NCBI GenBank assembly: GCA_049518775.1 | Contig: JBEKRL010000002.1 | Coordinates: 19,689-83,688 of the forward strand | Source: Candidatus Dormibacteria bacterium | GTDB lineage: Bacteria; Chloroflexota; Dormibacteria; Aeolococcales; Bog-877 | Direction: 5' to 3' | DNA: 64,000 bases | In this document: in pieces, positions 41,221 to 51,173 of the stretch | How positions within the stretch are numbered: position 1 is the stretch's first letter | Layout of the letters: each line of letters begins with the position of its first letter | Program-made: the position numbers and the translations under genes | Notes under the pieces: model-generated | Seen by the model: only the letters and a program-made list of their open reading frames with translations | Databases searched by the model: none | Told to the model about the DNA's origin: nothing

Positions 41221-42078
41221 TCACTGAGACGGCGCGGGTCCCGCCAGGACCCGGCGCACCAGCTCGGCAAGCCCACCACCACCCGGGCCCGGAACCACCC
41301 AGTCGGCCATCGCCAGGACCTCGGGCACGGCCGTCTCCACGGCCACCTTGGTACCCGCCGCCGCCAGGAGCGGCCCGTCGTTGGGGGCGTCGCCCAGCGC
41401 CACCACTTCGCTGGGGTGAAAGCCGAGGTGGCGGCAGAGCCAGCGCAGGGCGTGGCCCTTGTTCACGTCACGGGCAGTGATCTCGCAGAAGCCAACCAAG
41501 GAGCGGGTCACCTCGCAGCGGTCGCCGACTAGCTCCCGCAGCTCCCCCAGGGCGGCGGTGAACCGATCTGGGTCCGCCGCCACCACGGTGAGCTTGGTGC
41601 TCCCTTGGGACAGCCTGACCTCGAGCGGCGGGTCGGTGGCGACCTCAGCCTCGACCTGGGCGGTCCGGAGGTAGAAGAGAACGTCCTGGTTGATCTCGTC
41701 CACGTAGAGGTGGTCGTTCTGGAAGACGTTGACGGAGTAGCCTCGTCGGCGGCAGAGCTCGAGGATCTCCAGGGACAGCTCGCCGGGTACCGCTCGCTGG
41801 TAGAGCACGGCGGCCCGGTCGGGGTCGGCCCCGGGGTCGTCTTCGGGAGGGAGCTCTTTGATCAGGGCGCCCTGATAGCAGATCAAGGGGACGTTCGCCC
41901 CCAGGCCCAGGGCGTGGGGCAGGCCGGACCGGTACATCCTGCCGGTGGCCACCCCCACCCGGATCCCGGCCGCCCTGGCCGTCCCGGCAGCGGCCACGTC
42001 GCGGGGGTCCAGGACGAGGCGGTCGTCGAGAAGGGTGCCATCGAGGTCGCTGAGGATCAGCCTGGTGGTCAAGGTCAC
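41221..42078 (-). CDS. Cof-type HAD-IIB phosphatase
   Basis: LILSDLDGTLL motif I; GTG start ~42078; the track ORF has a long junk N-terminus. Confidence 0.8.
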   Translation of the reverse strand: MTLTTRLILSDLDGTLLDDRLVLDPRDVAAAGTARAAGIRVGVATGRMYRSGLPHALGLGANVPLICYQGALIKELPPEDDPGADPDRAAVLYQRAVPGELSLEILELCRRRGYSVNVFQNDHLYVDEINQDVLFYLRTAQVEAEVATDPPLEVRLSQGSTKLTVVAADPDRFTAALGELRELVGDRCEVTRSLVGFCEITARDVNKGHALRWLCRHLGFHPSEVVALGDAPNDGPLLAAAGTKVAVETAVPEVLAMADWVVPGPGGGGLAELVRRVLAGPAPSQ

Positions 42079-42280
42079 CCGGGCACCTCGGGATCGGCAG
42101 AGCTGATCAGAGCACAGCCGCCCAGCACCTCCCGCGCGAGGGCAGCCGGCGGCGCACCGACCGCTGCCCTCGCCCCCCAGTTCGAGCCGCAGAGATGGGC
42201 TGCCGGCACCGACGGAGTCACGACCATCTCGGCACCACGCAGGCATTGTCGCCGATGGCCGCCGCCGGCACCCGCCCGGG

Positions 42281-43555
42281 TTGGTTTCACCCCGATGGGG
42301 TATATTGAATTCGTTGCCAATTCGCTCTAGACGTCCCTTCCGGCCACCGCATCGCACCGCCTATTGGGGCCCCGATGAGGTCCCCCAGCCGGATCCCGCC
42401 CCCACTGTCAGCTTCTCCGGGCTTGGGCTCTCGGTTTCGATGCTGAGAACCCTGGATGAGGTTGGTTACAACGACCCCACCGCGATCCAGGAGCTGGTGC
42501 TGCCGGTCGCCATGGCGGGTCGCGATCTGATCGGTCAGGCCCGAACTGGCTCCGGCAAGACCGCTGCCTTCGCGGTGCCGATCCTGGAGCGGATAGACCC
42601 TGCCTCCCAGAGCGTTCAGGCGCTGGTGCTATGCCCCACCCGGGAGCTGGCGGCCCAGGTCACGCTGGAGTTCGAGAGGCTGGCCAGGGGCCGGTCGGTC
42701 GGCGTGCTCGCGGTGGTCGGAGGCGACCCCATCCGGAGGCAGCTGGACGGGCTCCGCGGCCATCCGGCGGTGGTGGTGGGGACGCCCGGGCGGGTGCTCG
42801 ACCACCTCCAGCGGAGGACCCTCTCCCTGATGGACGTCCGATTCGCGGTCCTCGACGAGGCCGACCGAATGCTGGACATGGGCTTCGCGCCAGACGTCGA
42901 GCGGATCCTGCTCCAGACCTCCAAGTCGCGTCAGACCATGCTCTTCTCGGCCACGGTGCCGGAGTGGGTCCACCGCCTCGCGGCCCGCCACATGCGGGAG
43001 CCCGAGACGGTCTCGGTGAGCGGGAGGACCGAGTTGGTGCCCACGGTCCGCCAGTGGTGCATCGAATGCTCCTGGTCCGAGAAGGAGGAGGCGCTGGGGA
43101 TGCTGCTGGACAGCCCCCTGGTGACCTTGGGGCTGATCTTCACCAACACCAAACGCAGCGCCGACCAGCTCCACACCTCGCTCTTGGCGCAGGGTTACGA
43201 CGTCACCGTCATCCATGGCGATCTCTCCCAGCACGACCGGGACGAGGCCATGGAGCGGTTCCGCCGTTCCCGCGTCCGCTTCCTGATCGCCACCGACGTG
43301 GCCGCCCGAGGGATCGACGTCGACGACATCAGCCACGTCATCAACTACGACATCCCCTCGACCCCCGAGGACTACGTGCACCGGGTGGGCCGAACCGCCC
43401 GGGCCGGCCGCGACGGGGTCGCCCTCACCCTGATCACCCCGATCGAGATCCTCAAGATCCGCGACATCGAGCGCCACACCAAGCGCCCCATCGAGCACCA
43501 CACGATCGCGGACCTCAAGCAGCTGGCGGGCACGGCCGGCGCCCTGGTCGGCTGA
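42281..43555 (+). CDS. DEAD-box ATP-dependent RNA helicase
   Basis: Q motif (F…PTAIQ), AQTGSGKT-like TGSGKT, DEAD, SAT, HRVGRTARAGR. Start codon uncertain (TTG 42281, or downstream TTGs). Confidence 0.85.
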   Translation: MVSPRWGILNSLPIRSRRPFRPPHRTAYWGPDEVPQPDPAPTVSFSGLGLSVSMLRTLDEVGYNDPTAIQELVLPVAMAGRDLIGQARTGSGKTAAFAVPILERIDPASQSVQALVLCPTRELAAQVTLEFERLARGRSVGVLAVVGGDPIRRQLDGLRGHPAVVVGTPGRVLDHLQRRTLSLMDVRFAVLDEADRMLDMGFAPDVERILLQTSKSRQTMLFSATVPEWVHRLAARHMREPETVSVSGRTELVPTVRQWCIECSWSEKEEALGMLLDSPLVTLGLIFTNTKRSADQLHTSLLAQGYDVTVIHGDLSQHDRDEAMERFRRSRVRFLIATDVAARGIDVDDISHVINYDIPSTPEDYVHRVGRTARAGRDGVALTLITPIEILKIRDIERHTKRPIEHHTIADLKQLAGTAGALVG

Positions 43556-43599
43556 GCCATCCCCCCGCGCACGCGGTTAGGTCGGTGCGGAGTTCGCCT

Positions 43600-43638
43600 A
43601 CAGAATCTAGTGCATAGCGCTATAATGCGTCGAGCAAT
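43600..43638 (+). promoter_or_regulatory. padR promoter: consensus TATAAT -10 overlapping the perfect 10-bp palindrome ATAGCGCTAT, ~19 nt upstream of the ATG
   Basis: An unusually AT-rich hexamer in a 70% GC background sits directly upstream of the PadR-ABC operon. The palindrome is a candidate autoregulatory operator. The displayed text is locally shifted here. Confidence 0.5.
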
Positions 43639-44364
43639 ATGGCGAGTCTCACCTGGAAGCGACCGACGCGGGACCTGGCGGCGCTGGCCGTGCTGGGCCT
43701 CTTGGCCGAGCAGCCCCGGCACCCTTACGAGATCCAGCGCGAGGTTCACCAGCGGCGCAAGGAGTTCGCGGCCGGTACCCCCCGCGCCGTCTACCACGCC
43801 GTTGACCGGCTGGCGGCGGCGGGGCTGATCGAGCCTGCGGAGACGGTCCGGGAGGGCCGGCGCCCGGAGCGGACCGTGTACCGGATCTCCGAAGCCGGCC
43901 GGGACGAGTTCTCGCACTGGCTGGTCGACCTCCTGGCCGTCCCTGAGCGCCAGGCGCCGCCCTTCAGCGCCGCCCTCAGCATGCTCGGTTACCTGCCCCA
44001 GCGGGAGGCGATCAGAGCTTTGGGACAGCGGCTGGCCCAGCTCCAGGGCATGATCGCCAGCCTGGACGCGGTGATCGCCACCCTGCGAGAGCGGCTTTCG
44101 CTGCCCCGGCTCTTCCTGATCGAGCGCGAGTACGAGCGCGCCGTCTGGCAGGTGGAATTGGACTGGGTTGGCTCGCTCATCAGCGATCTCGAGAGCGGGG
44201 CTCTGGCGGTGGACCAGGAGTGGCTCCAGTCCCACCTCGGCCAGCCCCGGCTGGATGTGGCGGATGGGCTGGCGACCAATCCCCCGGCATCGGCCAGCGC
44301 CGCCCCGGGAAGGCTGGAACCGGGCGGCCTCGACTCGACCGTTCAGGTGGGAGGCAGTAGATGA
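43639..44364 (+). CDS. PadR-family transcriptional regulator
   Basis: N-terminal PadR wHTH (…LAVLGLLAEQPRHPYEI…) with a C-terminal dimerisation extension; ATGA overlap with the next gene. Confidence 0.85.
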   Translation: MASLTWKRPTRDLAALAVLGLLAEQPRHPYEIQREVHQRRKEFAAGTPRAVYHAVDRLAAAGLIEPAETVREGRRPERTVYRISEAGRDEFSHWLVDLLAVPERQAPPFSAALSMLGYLPQREAIRALGQRLAQLQGMIASLDAVIATLRERLSLPRLFLIEREYERAVWQVELDWVGSLISDLESGALAVDQEWLQSHLGQPRLDVADGLATNPPASASAAPGRLEPGGLDSTVQVGGSR

Positions 44365-45341
44365 GCGAGCAGGCTCAGGGCCGGGAGACGGTGATCAGCG
44401 TTCACCAGCTCCGCAAGGTCTTCAAGTCCGGCAAGGGCACCGTCGAGGCGGTGGCGGGCATCGACCTGGAGGTCTTCGCCGGCGAGGTCTTCGGCTTCCT
44501 CGGCCCCAACGGGGCAGGCAAGACCACCACTCTCAGGATGCTGGCGACCCTGATGCCCCCCACCTCTGGGGTGGCCATCGTGGCGGGCCGGGACCTCCGG
44601 CGGGAGCCGGACCAGGTCCGCTTGCGGATCGGCTACGTCGGTCAGCTGGGCGGGGCCGACATCGAGATCACGGGACGCTCCGAGCTGGTCTTCGAGGGTC
44701 GCCTCTACGGGATGAGCACCTCGGAGGCGCGCCACCGGGCCGCCGATCTCCTGAGGACCCTGGAGCTGGAGGACTGCGCCGACCGCCGGATCACCACCTA
44801 CTCCGGTGGACAGCGGCGCCGGCTCGACATCGGGGTGGGGCTGGTGCACCGCCCCCAGCTGCTCTTCCTCGACGAGCCCACCGCCGGACTGGACCCGCAG
44901 GCGCGGGCCCACGTCTGGGCCGAGGTCCGCAACCTTCGAGATTCCGGCACCACCGTCTTCCTCACCACCCACTACCTCGAGGAGGCAGACGCCCTCTGTG
45001 ACCGGCTGGCCATCATCGACCACGGCAAGATCGTGGCTGAGGGCACCCCGGACTCACTCAAGCGGGAGGTCGCCGGCGACCTCGTCACCGTGGGCATGGA
45101 GGGCGACGCGGCCGCCGCCCTTGTCCTCCTCAAGTCGCAGTCCTTCGTGCGAGACGCCTCGGACGAGGGCCAGTTGCTGCGCCTCTACGTCGACCGGGGC
45201 GAGACCGCTGTCCCGGACATCCTGCGCCTTCTCGATGGAGCCGGTCTGGCGCTGACCACCATCTCGGTCAGCCGGCCCAGCCTGGACGACGTCTTCCTTC
45301 TCCAGACCGGACACTCCCTGCGCGAGTCGCAGCAGGCCTAG
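44361..45341 (+). CDS. ABC transporter ATP-binding protein (ABC-2 / DrrA-like)
   Basis: GPNGAGKTTT, LSGGQRRRL; C-terminal DrrA-like domain. Confidence 0.9.
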   Translation: MSEQAQGRETVISVHQLRKVFKSGKGTVEAVAGIDLEVFAGEVFGFLGPNGAGKTTTLRMLATLMPPTSGVAIVAGRDLRREPDQVRLRIGYVGQLGGADIEITGRSELVFEGRLYGMSTSEARHRAADLLRTLELEDCADRRITTYSGGQRRRLDIGVGLVHRPQLLFLDEPTAGLDPQARAHVWAEVRNLRDSGTTVFLTTHYLEEADALCDRLAIIDHGKIVAEGTPDSLKREVAGDLVTVGMEGDAAAALVLLKSQSFVRDASDEGQLLRLYVDRGETAVPDILRLLDGAGLALTTISVSRPSLDDVFLLQTGHSLRESQQA

Positions 45342-45362
45342 CCACCACCAGGAGACCGACAA

Positions 45363-46124
45363 ATGAAGCTGGCTCGCGACACCTGGCTGGTCTTCCAGCG
45401 CTACTTCGGCATCTTCATCCACGACCCCATCTGGGTCGGGGTTGGGGTGATCCAACCGGCGCTCTACCTGCTCCTCTTCGCCCCTCTGCTCAAGTCCATC
45501 GCCGCCGTCCCCGGCTTCCCTCGAGGGGGCGCCTACAACGTCTTCGTTCCCGGGCTGCTGATCCAGCTCGGGCTGTTCGGGGCGGCCGGGGTGGGCTTCA
45601 GCCTCATCTCCGAGCTCCGGCTGGGGGTGGTGGAACGGCTCCGGGTCACCCCGGTCAGCCGGCTGGCGATGCTCCTGGGAAGGGCCATGCGGGACATCCT
45701 GACCCTGCTGATCCAGTCCCTGATCCTGGTGGTGCTGGCCCTCCCCTTCGGGCTCAGCTTCCGACCCTGGGGGATCCTGATCGCGCTCGGACTGGTGGCT
45801 CTGATCGGTCTGACGGTGACATCGGTGTCCTACGCCCTGGCCCTGACGCTGCGGGACGAGAACTCCTTCGCTCCCATAATCTTCACCGCCAGCCTGCCCC
45901 TGCTGCTGCTCTCCGGGGTACTGCTGCCGATGAGCCTGGCGCCCAGCTGGCTCCGCACCATCTCCACCCTGAACCCACTCTCCCACGCCGTGGCGGCGAA
46001 CCGGGCGGTCTTCCTCGGCCACCTCGGCAACCCCAACGTGCTCCAGGGAGTGGCCATCATGGCGGTGCTGGCCGTGGTGGCGATCTGGATCGCGGCCCGC
46101 TCCTTCAGTCGCGCCATCGCCTGA
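45363..46124 (+). CDS. ABC-2 type transporter permease
   Basis: 6-TM ABC-2 permease immediately downstream of the ATPase. Confidence 0.85.
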   Translation: MKLARDTWLVFQRYFGIFIHDPIWVGVGVIQPALYLLLFAPLLKSIAAVPGFPRGGAYNVFVPGLLIQLGLFGAAGVGFSLISELRLGVVERLRVTPVSRLAMLLGRAMRDILTLLIQSLILVVLALPFGLSFRPWGILIALGLVALIGLTVTSVSYALALTLRDENSFAPIIFTASLPLLLLSGVLLPMSLAPSWLRTISTLNPLSHAVAANRAVFLGHLGNPNVLQGVAIMAVLAVVAIWIAARSFSRAIA

Positions 46125-46556
46125 GGCCGACTTCGATCCGCCGGTCCCTCCAGTGCTGCGGCCGGATGAAGGCCGGCGGCACCGATCGAGCGCTGGAGGG
46201 TCAGACCCAGGCGATGGCGCCCCAGACCGGCCGGCGGCGGACTCCCGCCGCGGGTGGCGCTCGACTTCAGGCGGCTCGCAGGCATCCGGCGGGCTGAGGG
46301 GGTCCGAGGGCCGGTGCCGAAGGCTCAGGATGTCATCTCGGCGTTGGGCGGCCGCCGCCGGACCCTGCCGAGCCCAGCCCTGGCCGGCGTCTGACCGGGC
46401 TCGGACGGGACCTCTGCAGGGCCGGGCCCGGGGTCCGCTGCCCCTCTCGGCAGCGGGCGCCCCCGGGATCACCGCCAGTCCCGCCGGTCGGCGATCAGAG
46501 GGCGGACCAGGCACCGGACGCCGCTGCCGGTCCCGCTCGGAAGCGCAGGCGTCGGG

Positions 46557-47486
46557 CTAGCTCGCGGCTGCCCCGCCTGTGGCCACCTGCTCGAACCCCT
46601 GCGGCACCGGCCCCTTCCAGGCTTCGGGGTGGAAGATGCGGGCCAGGATCTCGATCCCGTCCACGACCCGGGGGCCGGGCCGGTGGAAGTACCAGGCGCC
46701 GTCAACTGCGTACACCTGGCCGGCCCGCACCGCCGGGAGTTCGCTCCAGCGCTTCAGGGAGGGCAGCTCTGGGACCCTCTCCAGCGCCTGCTCCAGGCGG
46801 CAGCCGACAGGCAGGTAGATGATCACTTCCGGCTGGGCTGCGGCCAACTCGTCCGCCTCGATCGCCCTGGAGCGGGCCCCAGACTCGCCCAGGACGTCTA
46901 TCCCCCCGGCGGAATCCACCTGCTCTGGGACCCACAGACCAGCCACCATCAGTGGGTCCAGCCACTCCAGGCAGACCACCCGGGGCCGCGTCCGTCCGGC
47001 CACCGCTCCCCGAATTGCATCGAGGCGGGCCCAGAGACCGCGGACCAGCTCGGCGGCCCGCTCCCTGGTCCCGGTCAACTGGCCCAGTTCGCTGATCGAG
47101 CGCAGGACATCGGCGAGGGTGGCGGGCTCCAGGGAGACAACCGTGGGCCGCCCCGGCAGGATCCTCCCGGACTCCAGGACCTGCGGGTAGGCCCCGACGC
47201 AGTCCTCGCAGAGTTCCTGGGTGAGGATCAGATCGGGGCGGGCGCGCAGAAGCGCCTCGTGGTCCAGGGGGTACAGGCTGCTGCCCTGGTGCAGCGCCTC
47301 CCGCAGGTGCCGGTCAACCTGAGGAGGAGCGACATCCGTCAGGTCCGGTCGGCCGTGGGTGAGGATCGGCTTGTACACGGCCTGGGGCGGGAAGTCGCAC
47401 TCGCGGGTCACCCCGACCAGGCTCTGGCCCAGCCCCAGGGCGAAGCAGATCTCCGTGGAACTCGGCAGCAGCGAGGCGATCCGCAA
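46557..47486 (-). CDS. BtuF/TroA-like periplasmic-binding-protein-fold protein (cobalamin/siderophore-binding family) lacking a signal peptide
   Basis: Class III SBP architecture (…DLILT…); no N-terminal hydrophobic segment; 10 nt downstream of the sbcC-like gene. Confidence 0.65.
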   Translation of the reverse strand: MRIASLLPSSTEICFALGLGQSLVGVTRECDFPPQAVYKPILTHGRPDLTDVAPPQVDRHLREALHQGSSLYPLDHEALLRARPDLILTQELCEDCVGAYPQVLESGRILPGRPTVVSLEPATLADVLRSISELGQLTGTRERAAELVRGLWARLDAIRGAVAGRTRPRVVCLEWLDPLMVAGLWVPEQVDSAGGIDVLGESGARSRAIEADELAAAQPEVIIYLPVGCRLEQALERVPELPSLKRWSELPAVRAGQVYAVDGAWYFHRPGPRVVDGIEILARIFHPEAWKGPVPQGFEQVATGGAAAS

Positions 47487-47495
47487 GGCGGACGG

Positions 47496-49976
47496 CTAGG
47501 AGCCAGCCGCCGTGACCTCGGCCGGCGGGACCTCTTCGCCCGGGGCCGAAGCCGGCACCAGCTTCATGGAGAGGATGGGCACCCCGCTGCGCTTGGCCCA
47601 CCCCCCCACCCGGGTCTCGTGGGAGAAGATCACCACCTGGGCGGTAGCGGAGAGCTCCTTGAGGGTGTCCAGCAGAGCGGTGCAGCGAGCGTCGTCGGAG
47701 CTGACGGTCGGGTCGTCCAAGATGAGCGGGACCGATTCGCCGCTGGGCGAGAGAGCCTTGGCCAGCACCATCCGCAGGGCCACGTATATCTGCTCCCGGG
47801 TGCCCTGGGAGAGGTCCTGCACCGAGACCTGGGCCTCGCCCTCGCGAGCTGACACGTGCATCGAGAGGTCGGATGGGTCGACCCAGGCCTGCTGGTAGCG
47901 CTGGGCGGTGATCCCGGGCAGCCATCCCCGCAGCCCCTCGGCCAGCACCGGCGCCAGGTCGTTGTGGACAAGTCCCTGGGCCCGCTCCATCTCGGCGATG
48001 GCCAGCTTCACCGCCGCCTCCGCGGCGGTGAGTCGGGCAACCTCGCTGCGCAGCTCGGCCAGCTCCTCATCGAGTTTGGCCACGTCCCCAGCCTCCCGCA
48101 GCTGCTCCGCGAGCCGGCCCTGAAGCGGGAGCAGCTCCTGGCGGATCCGGTCGAGCTTGGCCCGAGCCTCGTCGTGCGCCAGCCGCAGCTGGGCAGACGA
48201 GAGGCCAGCGGCGAGCGGCTCGGCCGGGGTCGGTAGCGAGCCGAGCTCGGCCGAGAGCTCCTTGGCACGCTTGGCCAGGGCCTTGGGCTCCCGCCCCGCC
48301 AGCCGCTCTCCGCGGCGGGCCTCGAGCTCGTCACGGTGCTGCCTCGCGTCCTCCGCCGCGTCCAGCTGGTGGAGGCGAGCCGCGAGCTCGGCGGCGAGCT
48401 TGACCGGGTCGCTCCCGTTGACCCCGACCCGCTTGGCCCGCACCAGCAACTCCTCCCGGAACCGCTGAGCGGTGGCGGCCCACGAGGCGCGCTGCTGGGC
48501 GGCCTCCTGGGCCGCCGGGAGTTGCTCCGCCAACTGCCGAAGGTGCGACGGATCCGCCTTCCCGATCCCCAGCTCGGTGAGCCGCTTGGTCGCCTGGGAG
48601 CGCTCGGTCTCAACCTTGTTTCGGGCCGCCACCGCCTTGCTCATCTGCGGGTCCCCGGCCCGCCGGGCCCGCTCCATCTCGCTGACCGAGCTAAAGCCGC
48701 CCACAGCCAGCAGCAGACGGAGCCGCCGTTGCAGGGCCAGGAACCCGGTGGCGGTCAGAACCAAGAGAACCAGGCCGGCCACCACCAGCCCGATTCGCAA
48801 CCCCCCGGTTGACAAGACGATGCCGCCCGCCACCAGCAACACGCCGGCGATCCCCCCCACCAGGGCCAGGACGTCGGCGAACCAGCGGTGGGTGGCAACC
48901 CGGCGGCGGTCGAGCAGCTCGAGACGGCTGGGGAGCTCCGCGGGGCCGGGTAGCTCCGGCAGCGGCTGCTCCAGCGCCGCGATCAGGAAGGCCAGCTCAC
49001 TGGGGGCTGACTTCTGGGACAGCCGCTCCAGCTCCTCACCCGGCGGTCCCGGCTCCTTGGCCTTGGCATCGGCCTCCTGCCACTGCTGGGCCAGGCCGCG
49101 GGCACCGGTGGCGGCATCCCGGAGGACGGTCGGTTCCTTGGGAAGCTTCAGCTCGGGGGTGGCCTCCAGCTCCTTGGAGAGCTCGGCGACGGCGGCCAGA
49201 TCCTGGTTCAATTCGGCCAGCTCCGCCGTCTTCCAGGCCACCTCGGCGCTCTGGCTGGACTGCTCTGCCTCCGCCAGCTCCGAGCGTAGCCGGGCCTGGG
49301 TGGCCAGTTCATCAGACAGTTGTGAGTGAGCGGCCACCGCCGCCGACAGTCTGGCCGCGGTCTCGTCCAAGAGTTTGGACTGCTTGTCCAGCGGCTTGGT
49401 GGTCGTGCGGTCGCCTCGGATCTTGTCCTGGCGCCAGCGCTGGAGCAGCTCGATCGCCGACCTGGCCGTGCTGTCGCTGCCCGAGGTCGAGCTCGCCTTC
49501 TGGAGATCCTCCTGGAGAGAACTCCCAGTCAGGCTGAGGATCTGGTCCTGGCCCACCGTGGAGATGGCCAGGAAGGCCTCCCGGCTCATCCCCAGGGCCA
49601 CCGAGACGTCCACGGTGCGCCCCCGACGGAACCTGTCGGTGACCTCGCCGCCCTTGATCAGGTCAAAGACCTGGCAGTTGTCAGGTTGGTCGAGATCGCG
49701 AACGAAGCGGTACCGGCCGCCGTCCAGCTCGATCTCGGCCTCGACTGAAAACCGCTTGCCCTGCCAGGGACGGAAGTGACGCAGCACCTCCTCGGTCTCC
49801 TTGGGCATCCGCCCCCGGGCAGGCAGATCCACCCCGCAGAGGGCCACGCGGAGGGCGGTGTGAAGAGTGCTTTTGCCGGACTCGTTGGGACCACCCACCA
49901 CGGTGAGCTGGGGGTCCAGATTGAAGCGCCCGCTCAGGCCACCGAAGCTCTGAAGCTTGACCGACAGAACCCTCAT
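47496..49976 (-). CDS. SbcC/Rad50-like AAA ATPase with internal TM hairpin (B. subtilis YhaN/SbcE-like)
   Basis: N-terminal Walker A GGPNESGKST, long coiled coil, central hydrophobic hairpin (…VLALVGGIAGVLLVAGGIVL…GLVVAGLVLLVLTATGFLAL…), C-terminal signature/D-loop (…VPLILDDPTV…). Confidence 0.8.
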   Translation of the reverse strand: MRVLSVKLQSFGGLSGRFNLDPQLTVVGGPNESGKSTLHTALRVALCGVDLPARGRMPKETEEVLRHFRPWQGKRFSVEAEIELDGGRYRFVRDLDQPDNCQVFDLIKGGEVTDRFRRGRTVDVSVALGMSREAFLAISTVGQDQILSLTGSSLQEDLQKASSTSGSDSTARSAIELLQRWRQDKIRGDRTTTKPLDKQSKLLDETAARLSAAVAAHSQLSDELATQARLRSELAEAEQSSQSAEVAWKTAELAELNQDLAAVAELSKELEATPELKLPKEPTVLRDAATGARGLAQQWQEADAKAKEPGPPGEELERLSQKSAPSELAFLIAALEQPLPELPGPAELPSRLELLDRRRVATHRWFADVLALVGGIAGVLLVAGGIVLSTGGLRIGLVVAGLVLLVLTATGFLALQRRLRLLLAVGGFSSVSEMERARRAGDPQMSKAVAARNKVETERSQATKRLTELGIGKADPSHLRQLAEQLPAAQEAAQQRASWAATAQRFREELLVRAKRVGVNGSDPVKLAAELAARLHQLDAAEDARQHRDELEARRGERLAGREPKALAKRAKELSAELGSLPTPAEPLAAGLSSAQLRLAHDEARAKLDRIRQELLPLQGRLAEQLREAGDVAKLDEELAELRSEVARLTAAEAAVKLAIAEMERAQGLVHNDLAPVLAEGLRGWLPGITAQRYQQAWVDPSDLSMHVSAREGEAQVSVQDLSQGTREQIYVALRMVLAKALSPSGESVPLILDDPTVSSDDARCTALLDTLKELSATAQVVIFSHETRVGGWAKRSGVPILSMKLVPASAPGEEVPPAEVTAAGS

Positions 49977-50007
49977 CCGGGCTCGACCTCCCCGATCCTG
50001 GCTCGGC

Positions 50008-51099
50008 TCACAGAATTGCCGGCTCCTCGCCGCGCAGCGCTTCGAGTCCGGCCCGGAGTGCTGACTGGACCAACTCGGTGTCGAGGTCGCTCCGGGCCAT
50101 CAGGCCACGAACGAACTCCCCGCGAATGTCTGGCGAATGGCTGAGCTCCTCCAGGTCGACCTCGGGGCGGGTAGCGAAGACCACCTCGACGCAGCGCCCG
50201 CCCTCGCGGAGGCGTTCGACCAGCTGGCTGGGGCCGATCCGGACCCCCAAGGCGAGCTCGCCAACCACCCGAACCCTGGCGCCGGTGTTGGGCCCGACCG
50301 GAAGCGCTTCTTTGGCACGTTCGACCACGGCTTCGGAGTGCTGGCAGCCGGTGACGTCGACCTCGACCTCACTGAGGGTGAAGGTACCGACCGGGTGGAT
50401 CTTCACGACCGGGGGCTCGGAGGAGAAATCGACCTCAGCGGCGCCCCGCTCCCCCAGCTCGCCGAAGGTGAGCGGTTCCGGATTGCCCGGATAGACCATC
50501 CTGGCGGTCACCCGCGGAGTGTGGAAGTGGCCGACCAGGCCGAAGCGGAAGCCGGCCTGCGCAATCTCGGGCTCGCCGAAGGGAGCGTGGTCCTCCTTGC
50601 CCTCTCCCTGGACCGGGAGCTGGCCGCGCTCCGAACCGTGGAAGAGGGCGACCGCCGGCTGACCTTCGGGGACCGTGAAGCCCTCCAGAAGGTCGGAGGT
50701 GCCCTTGGGCTTGGTGTGGGCGATGCCGAAGATGCGGAAGCCATCCAGCTCAAAGGGCGCAAACTCGCCGGTGGAGAAGACGTGGACGTTGGCGGGCCAC
50801 TCCTGGACGGCGTAGAGCGACCCCGGGTGCCAGTAGTCGTGGTTACCGGGGGAGATCAGCACCGGGAAGGGGAGCCGCCCCAGCTGCTCCGCCAGGAAGC
50901 GGGCGGTGTCCTGGCCGGCGTAGCGGTCCTCGTAGAGATCGCCAGCGATGGTCAGGGCATCAACCTTGAGCTCGACCGCCAGCCCCACCAGCTTCTGGAA
51001 GGTCTGCCGCAAGGCCACCCGCCGCTGGACGGATGCCTCCGGCCCCAGACCCCGAAACGCGGTGTCCAGGTGCACATCGGCGCAATGCAGCAGACGCAT
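50008..51099 (-). CDS. SbcD/Mre11-family metallophosphoesterase nuclease (YhaO-like)
   Basis: MRLLHCADVHLD…GDLYE…GNHD… calcineurin-like motifs. Confidence 0.85.
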   Translation of the reverse strand: MRLLHCADVHLDTAFRGLGPEASVQRRVALRQTFQKLVGLAVELKVDALTIAGDLYEDRYAGQDTARFLAEQLGRLPFPVLISPGNHDYWHPGSLYAVQEWPANVHVFSTGEFAPFELDGFRIFGIAHTKPKGTSDLLEGFTVPEGQPAVALFHGSERGQLPVQGEGKEDHAPFGEPEIAQAGFRFGLVGHFHTPRVTARMVYPGNPEPLTFGELGERGAAEVDFSSEPPVVKIHPVGTFTLSEVEVDVTGCQHSEAVVERAKEALPVGPNTGARVRVVGELALGVRIGPSQLVERLREGGRCVEVVFATRPEVDLEELSHSPDIRGEFVRGLMARSDLDTELVQSALRAGLEALRGEEPAIL

Positions 51100-51173
51100 C
51101 AGGTGAAATATGCACTACTGGGGCACCCCAGGGGAATGCCAGTCGAGCCTCCGAGGCCCGTACACTCCCGCTT

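Noticed and set aside
43621-43688. Apparent 8-nt tandem duplication (gcgctggc gcgctggc) in the displayed text that would frameshift padR
   Set aside because: The ORF track gives an intact 241-aa PadR starting at 43639. The displayed line beginning 43621 appears shifted by 8 nt (missing ~8 nt after …gctataatgc, duplicated 8 nt at the line end), so this is a display inconsistency, not biology. Hand-derived coordinates elsewhere carry about +/-10 nt uncertainty.
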